DNA from: Botryllus schlosseri
Lineage: Eukaryota
Assembly: GCA_051294905.1 (NCBI GenBank)
Contig: CM119378.1
Coordinates: forward strand, 24,490,001 to 24,554,000
Direction of reading: 5' to 3'
DNA length: 64,000 nt
A program made the translations under genes and the position numbers. The notes below the pieces were generated by a model, which was not told where the DNA came from, made no database searches, and saw nothing but the letters and a program-made list of their open reading frames with translations. Positions 38,535 to 50,416 of the stretch are shown here, one piece after another (the first letter of the stretch is position 1; each line of letters starts with the position of its first letter).

Positions 38535-38680
38535 TCTCCTCCATGCTATCCGTGATTGCTGAGCGCCTAGCAGGATAGCTGCGGATACCAATTTTCGAGT
38601 CTTTGGTATGACCCGGCCGGGGATCGAACCCACGACCTACCGCTCGAGAAGCCGGACGCATAACCATTACACTATCTCGC
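38535..38680 (-). mobile_element. tRNA-derived SINE
   Basis: A box TAGTGTAATGG and B box GGTTCGATCCC, followed by ccgggtcataccaaagac..aaaattggta..ctgctaggcgctcagca. Sister copy at 42083. Confidence 0.85.
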
Positions 38681-39887
38681 TCAAGAATTTGTGAATAGTG
38701 CTGGGGTAGAGCGTATGGTAAAATTGAATACCGACTATGCTGCGTTCATAAAGGATGACAAAAACAGCAAGCGAACCTTCTACAAGCCGTGGAAGATCAC
38801 CGGAACAGATATGCAGATTTCCCAAAATGCAGATTTCCCAAAAGCAACCATTTCATCCACCTGATTTATGCATATTTTGCCAAGTTGATCTCTTTCTTTG
38901 CCTTATTCTTTCATTTCCTCTGATGTTTAATATGTGGCTTTGAGTGGATGATACATTTGCAGTTGTATTCTTGCACATGATGATCCAGGAAATTGATGAA
39001 CAGTGCCGGGTAGGTTTGAGGGGTGTGGATATGCGATACAACAAAATGACTATCAGTCTTAGGTAGGTTTGAGCAGTTCTAAGGCAGTGTGGGACATGAA
39101 AATGAAATCCTGAACTAGGAAGGCCTTATATAGTGAGGTTTTGTAGCACTCCAAACCGCAACAGCTGCACAAATATAGCTTATATGTTATTTTAACTAGG
39201 CTAGGTAAAATCGTGACAATCAGATTTTAGGAGAATCCCCTATGCTCAGCCGTTCTTCCAGCTCAACATGCACACGGATGCAGGGACGAATTACAAAAGT
39301 AGCCAGAATATGTTTTAAAGGTATAAGGAATGGGAATCAGACTGAAAACCTGGACTTTTTGAAAGTCGGTCAGTCGGTCAATTCTGAACAACCCAACCCT
39401 AACGAACAGTACATAAACAACAAAAATACCCGCATTTCTTCCTCCAATCAGTGTCTCGCTTGCTTTTAATCTCAGGCAAAAAGGAAAAGCTATATTCATA
39501 AAGTGTGCAAATGTTAACATAATTTTGATTTTTATGCACCAATCATGGAATAGGATTTTGAAGGAGACAGCCAAAAAAACTCCTACATTTTCATTTGTAG
39601 AAAGCTTATGTTTCAATACCGAGCGGTTTCAAATTTACTCAGGTGTTAAGAAATGATATCCAGTATCACCAATATGATACACAATTGAATAGTAAATTCA
39701 TATGGAAATGAACCCGAATATTTTCAGCTGACAGGGTTAATCGTCAGTAACTAGTAGAGAATGAAAAAGAATATCGAATATCAACAATCGCATCACAAAT
39801 CGAATATCAACAATCGCATCACAAATATGACGTCACCAAGCAGCATAAAATTTCGAATACGAGAGCGTTCAATGTACTATGTTAGAT

Positions 39888-40650
39888 CAGGGGTCACCAA
39901 CATGCGGCCCGCGAGGTCATATTTTGCGGCCCGCGACCTGATTTGAGATTTCGAAAGAAAGCTAAAAAAAACATTATGAAATGCCGAAATTGACGTGCAG
40001 TGGTCCAAGCACTGCTGAGACCGATACGCTTAGGGCAGTAGTTCTGAAACTAGGGGCGTGAAAGTATCTGAATGGGGCGCGAAGCTGCGGTTACCTCGAG
40101 TTCATGGTTAGAGTTATTGCGCTGTGTATAATCCGGAATTCATATTATAGTAGCATTGTGTCATCAACATTCGTAACCTTCCATGCCATCAAACTATCCG
40201 TTGGGATTGCTTTGCTAGCATTATGGATGCATTTTGGTATATATACGATAAGGCGGGGGCGGAATTTTTCGGTATCATAAAGGGGCATGTCTAAAAAGGA
40301 TTGAATACCACCAACTTAGGGCTTCCCACACGATCAAGGTTTACGTGGAGATCTTTCAGCTAGTATCGTATCTCGCTAGCCCCCTAAGCGTTCCCAGATA
40401 TCCTGCACAGCTCAGAGTTCAAGATAGAATGAAATTGATTACAGTGATCCTTTGTTGTAATTTCATTCCTTAAAATAATACTTCTTTTGTGGTCAATGTA
40501 CCCATCGCCTAAGGTAGGTAGCGCAGCGTGATACTGACGTGTAGTTTGAGACATGGTTGCCTACTTAACATCGAAATTGAATTCAGGCGGTCCGCGGCCG
40601 CGACAAAATTCGAAAAGTCGCCCGCGACCCGTTTGAGTTGGCGACCCCTG
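39888..40650 (+). mobile_element. Buster/Charlie-type hAT MITE
   Basis: TIR CAGGGGTCACCAAC/GTTGGCGACCCCTG. TSD tgttagat/atttagat (6/8). GGCCCGCG motifs. Confidence 0.85.
40036..40313 (+). mobile_element. Nested hAT MITE (CAGTGGTTCTCAAAC family), copy 2
   Basis: Left end cagtagttctgaaact. TSD gcttaggg/acttaggg. Shared core ccttccatgccatcaaacta. Confidence 0.85.
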
Positions 40651-40920
40651 ATTTAGATGGTACACACAAACTCTTTTTGTTGACACAGCCTTGGCTGGTG
40701 CTGATGCTCAACAATCAAAGGCCATAAATCCTGTCATTGGCAAACATCTGCCGAAAATATTCGGGTTCATTTCAATATGAATATACTATTGAAGTTCAGT
40801 AACTACAAGAAGCTTTTGAAGTAAAACAGAGACAGATAAGGTACATAAGACTGAACACGGAAGAGGTACGTCACTTGGGTACTATATAGGATAATATCGT
40901 ATCGATGATATCAGACTCAC

Positions 40921-41126
40921 CTCATATACCGGATTATTACGCTCTCCGTGAATAAACTGTGCACCGTGTTCGATTAAAGTGCCGTGGAAATATTCGCTGT
41001 TGATTCTTCCACCGAGACGACTTTCCGCCTCCAGCACAGTGATGTCTCGAATACCGTTTTTCCACAAATGATGTGCCGCAGACAAGCCACTGACACCACC
41101 GCCCACGATTACTACCTTTTGACAAT
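40921..41126 (-). CDS. Flavin amine oxidase, FAD-binding exon
   Basis: VVIVGGGVSGLSAA (GxGxxG), VLEAESRLGGRI, EHGAQFIHGERNNPVYE. Acceptor aatAG at 41127. Donor GAG|GTGAGT (phase 0) matches the 37485 exon. The start exon was not identified. Confidence 0.9.
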
Positions 41127-42082
41127 CTATTCCGTATAAAATGTATCGGTCAGCTATGCAAAGGAGAGGTTTGGTTAGGAAGTTTGAGCAATCGTAAATC
41201 GTAAGCCGTTTGCTCTGTTTATTCCTTATCGAATATGTTTTGAATAGGTCAACAATTTGAGAAAGCAAGTTTGAGGTTTCTCAATTGCATATCCGGGATT
41301 CGAATCGTAAACAATATGAGTCCACCAGCCGTCAATATTATCTACATTGCATATATTCGTAGCGTGACTGGGGTGCTTTCATACTTCCTGCACCGTAAAC
41401 ATGCTTGCATTTTGAGTTCCGTTGTGGTCAATGCTCAGTATAAATTTTACTGTTTTCTGTATATCTTTCATTTTGATAACTATAAATCGTGCGAAAAATA
41501 TTTACACCATTGCTGCGGTCATGCGTGATCAATTTTGTCGTCATTGTTGTTACAGCCCCGATGACCTATCGGCAAGGAATGCAGAGACAAAGCGCGCGGC
41601 GAATAATACTGTTCATAACATGTTTCCTAGCGATCTTACGCCAGGCTTGGACAAACTACTTGATTTTGTAAATGCGAAACTAGAATTTTAGAACTAGAAC
41701 TACACGCTTTTGAAGATTAGCACTTAAACCGCACCTAACTAATCAAACCACAACTAACTAGACTCAATATCGAAGCGAAATATTACTTTATATTTTATGA
41801 AGATCGGATCGTTTTATCACATGGACATCAATAGATAAAATTATCCAACACACTTAACTAACTACGGGAATGCAGGGTAACCCAAACCCGAGTCTTCAGC
41901 TGTTGCTGCTAGCAGATAATTAGCATCAGCCGTGGCAGGACAAACGAATACAATACTCCAGCATGCGAGAACGCCCTTTTACTGGGTGCAAATATCGCAG
42001 CCCTCCCGAGAAATTCCTTCGTCAAGTGTCACAATTCTGGCAGTTCTGTATTATTCCGGCAAAATAGTTCATTAACCACCAA

Positions 42083-42245
42083 GATAGCGCACTGGCGAAG
42101 CGTCCGGCTGCTTGGTCGGTAGGTCGTGGGGTTCAATCCTCGGCCGGGTCAGAGCAAAGACCCGATTAGTACCAAAGGTGATTTGTAACACTTGGTAACC
42201 ATGATTTCCCCGCTTGGTGCCCGGAAAATATGAGATGTGGCGCAA
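42083..42245 (+). mobile_element. tRNA-derived SINE (same family as 38535-38680)
   Basis: gatagcgc..cgtccggct..ggtaggtcgtggggttcaatcctcggccgggtca..caaagac. Confidence 0.75.
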
Positions 42246-42569
42246 ATCTTAGAAGGCCTTACAAGGCTATATCTGCGCCATCATCGATCGGCATATGCAC
42301 ATCATGGATCCATGTTATGCATATTACATATGCACAGAACGTGTGTATGTATGAAGGCTATATCATGAGTCGATGTATATGCCGCAAAAACATCCAGGGA
42401 AAAAATACATCACGTTTCTTTCCTCCGTAATTTTAGGCACATTCTGATCAGTAGTCATAGTTACGTCTAGTACTCTAACACGTTTTTTTCTAGTTGTTTT
42501 TGTGTTTGTGCCATACATGGTTGAATGTTTGTCGACTACAATGGTCATTTATACCAGGCCGATTCCGTA

Positions 42570-42742
42570 ACTGCCGACTTTGTAGCACGACCCATTCTAG
42601 GCTTTTGTGAGACACCGCTTACGCGGATGAGATGACCAAGAAGAGCCTAGATAAACAACCTCCACCATGTAGGTAGGAATTCATGAGTCGACCTCGGACT
42701 CGAACCCACAACCTATTGATTGGTGTTGCAGCTGTGGATTAT
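42570..42742 (-). mobile_element. tRNA-derived SINE; head interrupted by hAT 42751-45080
   Basis: B box GGTTCGAGTCC. The caccaat..ggttgt...ggaggtt context matches the SINE at 33563. Confidence 0.6.
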
Positions 42743-42750
42743 ACTACTAC

Positions 42751-45080
42751 CAGTGATGAGCACCGGAGCGGAGTCGGAGTGGAGTCGGAGCGGAGTTTTG
42801 CTAATTTTGTGATACCCGGAGTGGAGTAGGAGTTTACAACAGATATTTTTCCGGAGTTTTACGGAGTATTGTTAGTTTTGCCCCCGATATCTTTCGATAG
42901 CTTTGACCAGAAGACACTATTGATTACAAACCAAAACACAGACAGTTGACACCTTGTGACACCTTGTAAAGTTGTAATATGACCGGTAACATGCAAAAAT
43001 GATTGACAAGTGCATAAAAATCAGCCATCTGCACTGCAATTGGGGACTGGAGAGTAACCTAGTGATCTAGCAAGGCATTTCCGCTGAGCAGTGTCTGTAG
43101 TTCACAAACTTGATAACACCCAATATCGTTCGCATATCATTTTCTCCCTGCAATGAGATGCAGTCTTTGAATCCACTGCTGAATGTCACCATATTATGAG
43201 ATAAGATCTCCAGAATCTTCCATGTTGCTGTCATTGCAGTCTTCTATAGTCACATCATATTCCTCCTTGCGTATTTGTTTCGTGACTAATTTTCATGCCA
43301 CCCCAGTAATTGTGCGAAACATTTACAATCAGCAACATACAGCGGGGCTTCCCTATGGTACAGCCTTTGGCTACCCTGATTCTTCCAGCAAGTTGATGAT
43401 CATAACGGAATATATCCCATTATCCTGATGACATTCAATATAGTAATAGGTAATTTTGTGAAAATGTATTCCCAACGTTGGTATCAGTTGAAACAAGATA
43501 ATATCCGATACCACTTTTGTGATAACTTTTCGCAACTTTCATCGTACTTGCAGTTTGCAGTGAGAGATATCGATAATAAGTGTTACATCAATATTACCTT
43601 TATATCTGTGAGAAATATACATACAACAAGCAAGTATCTGGATGGAAACAATAATAACTTATGCAATGTGTTACATGATTTAATGACATTGCGACGAATT
43701 TTCGCTAGTAAGATCCGCTCACAGAGGCATACCAGCATCTAAGCCCGCTTTAAAGATTTCAACAATACATAAATCACAAAGGTCAGCTGATCTTACCCTG
43801 TAAAAACAGAATATTCCGAATTTCTGAACAGCCACACTAAATAACTACAACCGTCTGCTTTGCTCTGCTCGCATCAACTCAACTACGCTTCCTTCAATAT
43901 TGATTGACGTAGTCAGTCATCCAGAACTCTTCTGAATTTTCGTCATGTAATGTTTGGTTTGATTGAGACATGACTTTGATGTGATATGAAAAATCAGCAC
44001 CGCAATCAAGTTTCTGCTGCTGGTCTGTCTCAGACTACAAATTCCAGATATCATGTATCAGCTTCAAAATTGGAAGTCACTAGTCATTTAGTCAACTTCA
44101 AGAAGCGTCGATCGGTGCGTCAGTGATGCATCATGTATGTTTAGTGCAGTGCAGTTCCATCAACTGTTTCATGGCGATGCGGAACTTAATTTACTGAAAC
44201 CTGTGATGTGATCGTCGATTTCAGTGGTGTTAGTGGTAGTTAGTTCGAACTGACTGGTCTTCCTTCGTCGTTTTAATATAATGGCTGAAGCACCGTCGAC
44301 GTCAAGTGGGTTACTCACTAAGACGCAGAAAAAGTGTGACGTGTGGAAGGATTTCACTCTGATGCTGCATGATAATAACGGCCAGTATACTGGGTTTGCG
44401 AGATGTCAAAACTGCAATATTCAGCTAAAGCATCACAAGTTGACAAGTGGTACGTCGCATCTTCGAAGACATATCGAAGCTTGTAAGAAGAATTGATCGC
44501 AGTTGAAATGCAAGTAAGCGAGTAATCAAAGGAGAAGGTGATCATGGGGAACACTGATCGCCGCTCGCCGGGTGGAGAATACCGAAGAAGTGCCGGTTTG
44601 CCGTGGTGTTGTGCAGAAGACGTTTTGCCATCCAGATTTACGGTGAAACGTAAGTTCGATGAGGAGGCTTCATCTTTGAAGCAGAAGCTGTCAGAGGAAC
44701 TAAGAGTTGCTATCAACAGTATCAAGTGTTATGGGCTGGCTGGCATCACCACAGATATGTGGACCGATCTAAAGGGTCGCAGTTCTATTAGCTTGACTGT
44801 CCATTTTGTTGGAGAGAACTTGACTCTCAGAAGTAATGTTGCGACTGTTCGGCAATTCACGGATACTAAAAAAAACTGGTATGAATATCAGACAGGCTAT
44901 CGAAAACATCGATTGGGATTCTTCGACAATGGTCTGAATATATTTCGGGGACTGGGCAAGATTCTTCGGGTTATCTCGGAGTCTGGGATTGAGATCCCCG
45001 GAGTCGGAGGGACTTTGCCTCAGAGACCAAAGTTGTCGGAGGGACTCGGAGTCTCGAAAAGCAGACTCCGCTCATCACTG
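42751..45080 (+). mobile_element. Ac-type hAT element, internally deleted, with BED finger and transposase N-terminal half
   Basis: TIR CAGTGATGAGC/GCTCATCACTG. Perfect TSD ACTACTAC. 44281-44496 BED finger (VWKDF..ARCQNC..SGTSHLRRHIEAC). 44538-44880 LPSRFTV...ITTDMWT..SISLTVHF (first catalytic Asp). Confidence 0.93.
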
Positions 45081-45365
45081 ACTACTACGCTTGCGGTTCG
45101 GCAACTATAGTTTTAATTCTTGTAAGTTGTAATGCACCACGAGAACTAGAACTACTCACTTATCAAGATCTGAAATAAGAACTATACAGAATCACCGATG
45201 GCCGTAGTGACGGACGATTGGCCGAAATAACACTAACATCACAGAAATTGGCGTATGACATATGCACACGACAATTTTAACAATATTCATTTGATAAGCA
45301 TCAATTATTCTGTATTCGCGCTGCACGCAAATAGCCTTCAAGTATTTCCGTTCCTACGTGTGTAG

Positions 45366-46063
45366 TAGAGGTGTCCAAAATTTGGAAAATCTTAAAAATG
45401 CTCGGTGTTAGTGTCTCATTCTATAGATCATTGATAAAAAATGAAAAAAATGAGCCTTAAAGAAGCTCACAGGAAAGCCGTTAATGTTTCAGTCGATGCG
45501 GTTGAAAGTAGCTGCCCAAGAATGGGCATACCACTGACCACAGAACGGCGAGAAGACTAGTTACACATAACCACGGCTCTTGATTGGCTTCACATAACCA
45601 CGGAGCTTGATTGGCTAATCGGCTATGCTTGAGCGATGCTTCAATGATCATGACAGCAGCAACTTGCTGGTTAGGTGTTCATTGTTCGAGGAGTCTGCTA
45701 CCTGCGGGGATTCTGAAAGCGCATTGTTGGTAGGTTGACGGATGATGATTTAAAATTAATTCAGGACACGTTGAGGTGCTAAATACATGATGAACAAACA
45801 ACAGCTGCTTCAGAAAAACTTCTACAGCATGACCGCTTTATTGTGAAGGAAACGGCTGTAGCCCACATGCCTTGTTTTCATCGAGGGAACGCAAAGGCGC
45901 TTATGCAAGCGGCGAACGAATTCTTTGTTTCAGAAGGAATCAGTGAATACAAATATACAGCTTCAATATGTCACTATACCTTGTGTGATCTCATTGGATC
46001 CAAGTTGTATAGTATATAGTTGAAGTTTTGAATGCTCTGGGGATCAACTTTTGGACAACCCTA
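45366..46063. mobile_element. Possible Tc1/mariner-like non-autonomous element
   Basis: Ends tagaggtgtccaaaa / ttttggacaacccta, TA-flanked. Confidence 0.45.
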
Positions 46064-46070
46064 TAGTCAT

Positions 46071-46348
46071 CAGAGGTGGTCAATAACGAAGTACTTGAAG
46101 TAGTGTGATGTATTCTACGCCTATTTTTGCCTACAAAACTGTCAAGTAGAAGTAGATTTTGCCTACTCACACTACTTTAAGTAATGATTTTAGACCACTT
46201 CTACTTCTACTTGACAGTTTTGTAGGCAAAAATAGGCGTAGAATACCTACTTACTTTCTTGTAAATCATCACTCCTACTTCTACTTGAGTAGAAATTCCG
46301 GCGTTACTTTTACTCGAGTAGCGACAGTGACTACTTTGACCACCTCTG
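46071..46348. mobile_element. hAT MITE, internally palindromic
   Basis: TIR CAGAGGTGGTCAA/TTGACCACCTCTG. TSD atagtcat/gtagtcac (6/8). Internal ~45-bp inverted repeat. Confidence 0.85.
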
Positions 46349-47379
46349 GTAGTCACATACCAAATTCCATTAACAAGTTTTGTTTATCGAACCGTGAACC
46401 AAATCCCGATGAGATGATGATTGATTGGTCTTGCATCGATTAGAAAGCCAATATGCGGACCGTGGTTTGACGATGTTGTTTATATCTGGACCGCTTATCA
46501 AAAAGGTGGTAACACCCCGAGGAGTTGCGAAGGTGAATATTAAACTCAAATCGTATGAATAATGAAATGTTGTCTCACCTGAGAAGTTCAACAGGAGCGT
46601 CACAACTAGACTGCTGATAGGGAATCTTAATGCATACATTAGCAATCGTTCACTGTAACGCATCGCAAACAGAATATGACGACGATTTTATGTTTATGAA
46701 TTATTGTCGCGGATGAATGCACGCTCACGCTATGACAGGTATACCAGAACTAATCAATACACGGCGGATTTTCCCTTGGCGGTTTCATAAAAGCATACAT
46801 TGCTAGGTCAACTGTGCTGAGTTCCAATACTTCATCTGCAGCGCTACTTGTTTTCATTAAGCCGCGAGCCGCTATAAGTGACATTTTCAAGCTATGAGGC
46901 TTGATTTCAAAGCACGTCTCCATCGTAGATGCGATCTCTCAGCATTCACACGCACATGATATGCGCTTGTCTAACAATAGAGGCGTACTTGTTATACACG
47001 CCAGTAAAACTTCTTATAATCCGAGCGGCGACTGAATTTAATATTGTGCTGTGTGCGTTCAGGCACAACAACAATTTTTACGTTTCGCTCCTGAAAACAA
47101 ATTCAAGAAAACAGCGGTTTGTTGTGATCCAAATGTTATGCACCAGAACGCACGCTAACACCAGGTTCCCTTGCGTGTTGTTTTGTATAAAAGAGAGAGA
47201 GAGAGAGAGTCTTTATTTTCATCGAACCAAAATACATAACAAACGGCAGTGATGGTGGTACAGAAAATATGCGTGCACACTGCACAGTATTCGGTATTAG
47301 ATAGGAATGATCGATAAGACCGTGAAGGTCATCTAGTCTGATCACACCAGCATCAAACAGGTACACTTGACTCTGAACA

Positions 47380-48010
47380 GTCTGGCTGTAAAAAAATATT
47401 TAGTTAAGAAAGATAAATAGAAAAAAAATCAAACAATGGTAGCAAATGATCAATGAAGCAATGTCTGGGCGAGGTACGGCAACAGTGTTAGTGTAACGAT
47501 AAGAGGTGATCAAGTAGGGCTTTTTTGAATCTATTATAAGGCAATTCACGGATATGTGGTGGTAATGCATTCCAGATGATAGGTCCCGAGTAGTCGATAG
47601 ATCTCTTAGTTAGGTTGCTATTGGGTGGGGGTAAGTAGATGTTTCCTTTAGACGAGGATCTCGTGTAATGGGAATGGACATGTTTAGCAGGTATGAAAAA
47701 GTCATCAAACACAGGAGGCAGACTATTGGAAAAATATTTGTGAACAACTTTCGATACTTCGAAGCGATATAGTTCATCAACTCGCAAAATTCGATGCTTA
47801 CGGTAGTAAGGCGATAAATTGGTACGTAAAGGTACCGATGAGATCAGCCGTATCGCACGGTTTTGCAGGGTTCGAATTCTGCACAAAAATGTTGTACATG
47901 CATTTCCCCATACTACGATTCCATATTGCAGATGAGAGTGGAAAAGAGAGAAGTAGATGGTTCGTAGTACTGATCTGGAAACCAAAGATTGGAGACACAC
48001 ACCGAGCTAG
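47380..48010 (-). mobile_element. CR1/L2-group LINE 3' fragment
   Basis: ORF 47488-48000: IYFSLFHSHLQYGIVVWG..LQNRAIRLI..H.H.TR..SIDYSGPIIWNALP (ORF2 C-terminus). Confidence 0.9.
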
Positions 48011-49439
48011 TTTTGATATTATGCATTCAATATGCTTTCAATGCATTCAATAGGCTTCATCAATGTACCATGTTACTATGCCTTTTACTATGTAACAAAC
48101 TTACATGTAACTAACTCTGTCCCATGCAATATGGCATATCATTACATGAAAGAAAACCTACAACGTATTCGAGGGTCTGGGTATTGATGTAATATATTAT
48201 GTATCATCGGGTGAATAGGTATTGAAAAATGATTTCCTGATGTACCGATAAATTTCTAAGAGGGCCACGTTGTAAAAAGGTTGAAAGCTCATGCTTTAAA
48301 TCCACGAATCTTGGAAATTTTGAACAAGCCAAGAAGACTATCGGAAGATAAATAGCTCTACAAGAAAAATCACTTTGTTACTGAATCTGATCGTCCTACA
48401 CACGGTCTTTAATGTATTGTATTGCATTGACTCCCCTACCTGAAACGTACCACGCTGCAATTCCTGTTCTTGTCCAGATCTATCAGAAGTGGTGGTCCAC
48501 GACAGGGATAACAAACAGGAATTCTTCAACTTCGCCACAGGCGTCACGTTTACCCGGCTCGACCCGACAAATGCATGGCCGTCTGACTCTGGCACCCAAT
48601 GCCACCAAGCCTAAGCGCATCTGCTGCCAGGGCACTTTGAATAGTGTTGGTTGTTCAGTACTTTCTCTCGTGGCCTTGACTTCGTGTTTATGTTGTGGAT
48701 GTCTTGGGTTGTGCTAAATCGAGCATTACTGATTATCATGAACCGCGCATTTGACTTCTAGACTTCTACAAACTACCTATCTAGTTATTTGATGGTCAAC
48801 CAGCAGCTATTGTTTATTTGGCAGTTCTGGTTCTAGTTGCACAATTTGAAAGTAAATAGTTCTGGTTCTAATTACAAACTTTATAAAGTGAGTAGTTCTG
48901 CGGTAACAAAAGTTGCGGTAAAAAAAGTTACTCGATCATTCGAATTTGGAAACGCACAACAAATATCCTGTGAAATGAATACGAATTGCTCAGTTCCATA
49001 TTGTTTGTACTATTTTATGCGAGTTATTCGAATTATTTTATTCAGAAGATTAAATCCCTTCCACGGCCTTAAGAAGGTGGATAAAACAGCATGCCCCGAA
49101 TCACCCGAGGAGAGCGGCAGATTCCAACCCCCTTGACTAAATATTCGGTAAGTACGGCCATCCCTAGCTATCTTCGAAACATGAGTGTCTTTGTTTGTGA
49201 CACTTTCGCATGTCACGAGAACTAGGCAACGTAGATCCTGTATAAGAGTGAAATGTTGAAATCTGTTCAAAATGCCGGTTAAATACAGAAATTTTAACGG
49301 ACGAAGCAGACTTCTACACGGACACGCTTCACATAAGGCGGTGCATTTTTAGTTATGATAGTTTTAGGCAGCGGGGATGGTGCGAACCCCTCAAAGGATC
49401 TGGCTCGTGGGAACACTAACTTCAAATAAAGGTTCGCTG

Positions 49440-49457
49440 TTAGGGTTAGGGTTAGGG
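49440..49457 (+). repeat. (TTAGGG)3
   Basis: Three exact telomeric-type units. Confidence 0.9.
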
Positions 49458-50416
49458 TCTAAACTTGCTGCCGTGAGGACGCAGAAATGAAGCTGTCTAA
49501 AAACTATTGTGAATCTCTTTACAACGAACATATTCGGAGGTCTTCCACAATGGCGAGCACGCCAAATAACAAAGTCGATGCTATATCCTTGTGTGCGGAG
49601 AGCTATCTGGAGTCACGCAACAGATTCCTAGTGCTCGACACGATTTCGGATTCGGATGACTCTGGCGTTATCGGTACCGGTATGGATGGAAAAGTCAACG
49701 AGGGCTTGGCGAGATTGGACACAATTATTGAAGGTATTCCGCAGAATATGGCATACGAAGCAAAGCGTAACGCTGCGGAATTAATGACTTCGGTCACTGG
49801 GGATGTAGCCGCTCTCTACTTGCAAGTTAAAGGAATTGAATAGAAGTTGCAGCTGATGAATAGATGATTTGAAGAGAAGTTCCAGCTGATGAATAGATGA
49901 TTTGAAGATAAGCTTCAGCTTATGAGCAGTAGCATGATAGGCGACATAAGAGGTATGTTGGCAACTATGGTGAACTCGCCTAAGGTTGACGCCGACAGCA
50001 AAGGGAAATTAGGTTGTGAGGATTTGAATAGGCCCAAGGTTGCATTTGTGATAGATTCCTGTGGAGATGAGACAGCGTTTGTCCCTCCTGGCAACGGTGC
50101 TTAGTTGTCCCTCCTGGTAATGGTGCTTGAAGTAGTCCTGAAGTGATGACTGCGGGGCCGTTACCTTATGGCGCAGATAAGTTGTGAGGATTTGAATAGG
50201 CCCAAGGTTGCATTTGTGATAGATTCCTGTGGAGATGAGACGGCGTTTGTCCCTCCTGGTAATGGTGCTTTAAGTAGTCCTAAGTGATGACTGCGGGACC
50301 GGTCCCTTATGGTGCGTCTGATTGTGTTAAAATGGCCCCTGACACAATTGATGGTGCTAGCGGAACTTTTCTAGAGGAATATCTCTGTCATTTTGAATTT
50401 ACGGCTTCATGTAACC

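Noticed and set aside
38535-38680. tRNA gene
   Set aside because: It has A and B boxes but no cloverleaf or acceptor stem, and continues into a SINE body.
38840-39050. Penelope RT (VDDTF) or hAT (CIIH) motif
   Set aside because: Contradictory short motifs on opposite strands without supporting context.
41880-41980. First coding exon of the oxidase (hydrophobic leader)
   Set aside because: No in-frame ATG and weak splice sites; left unassigned.
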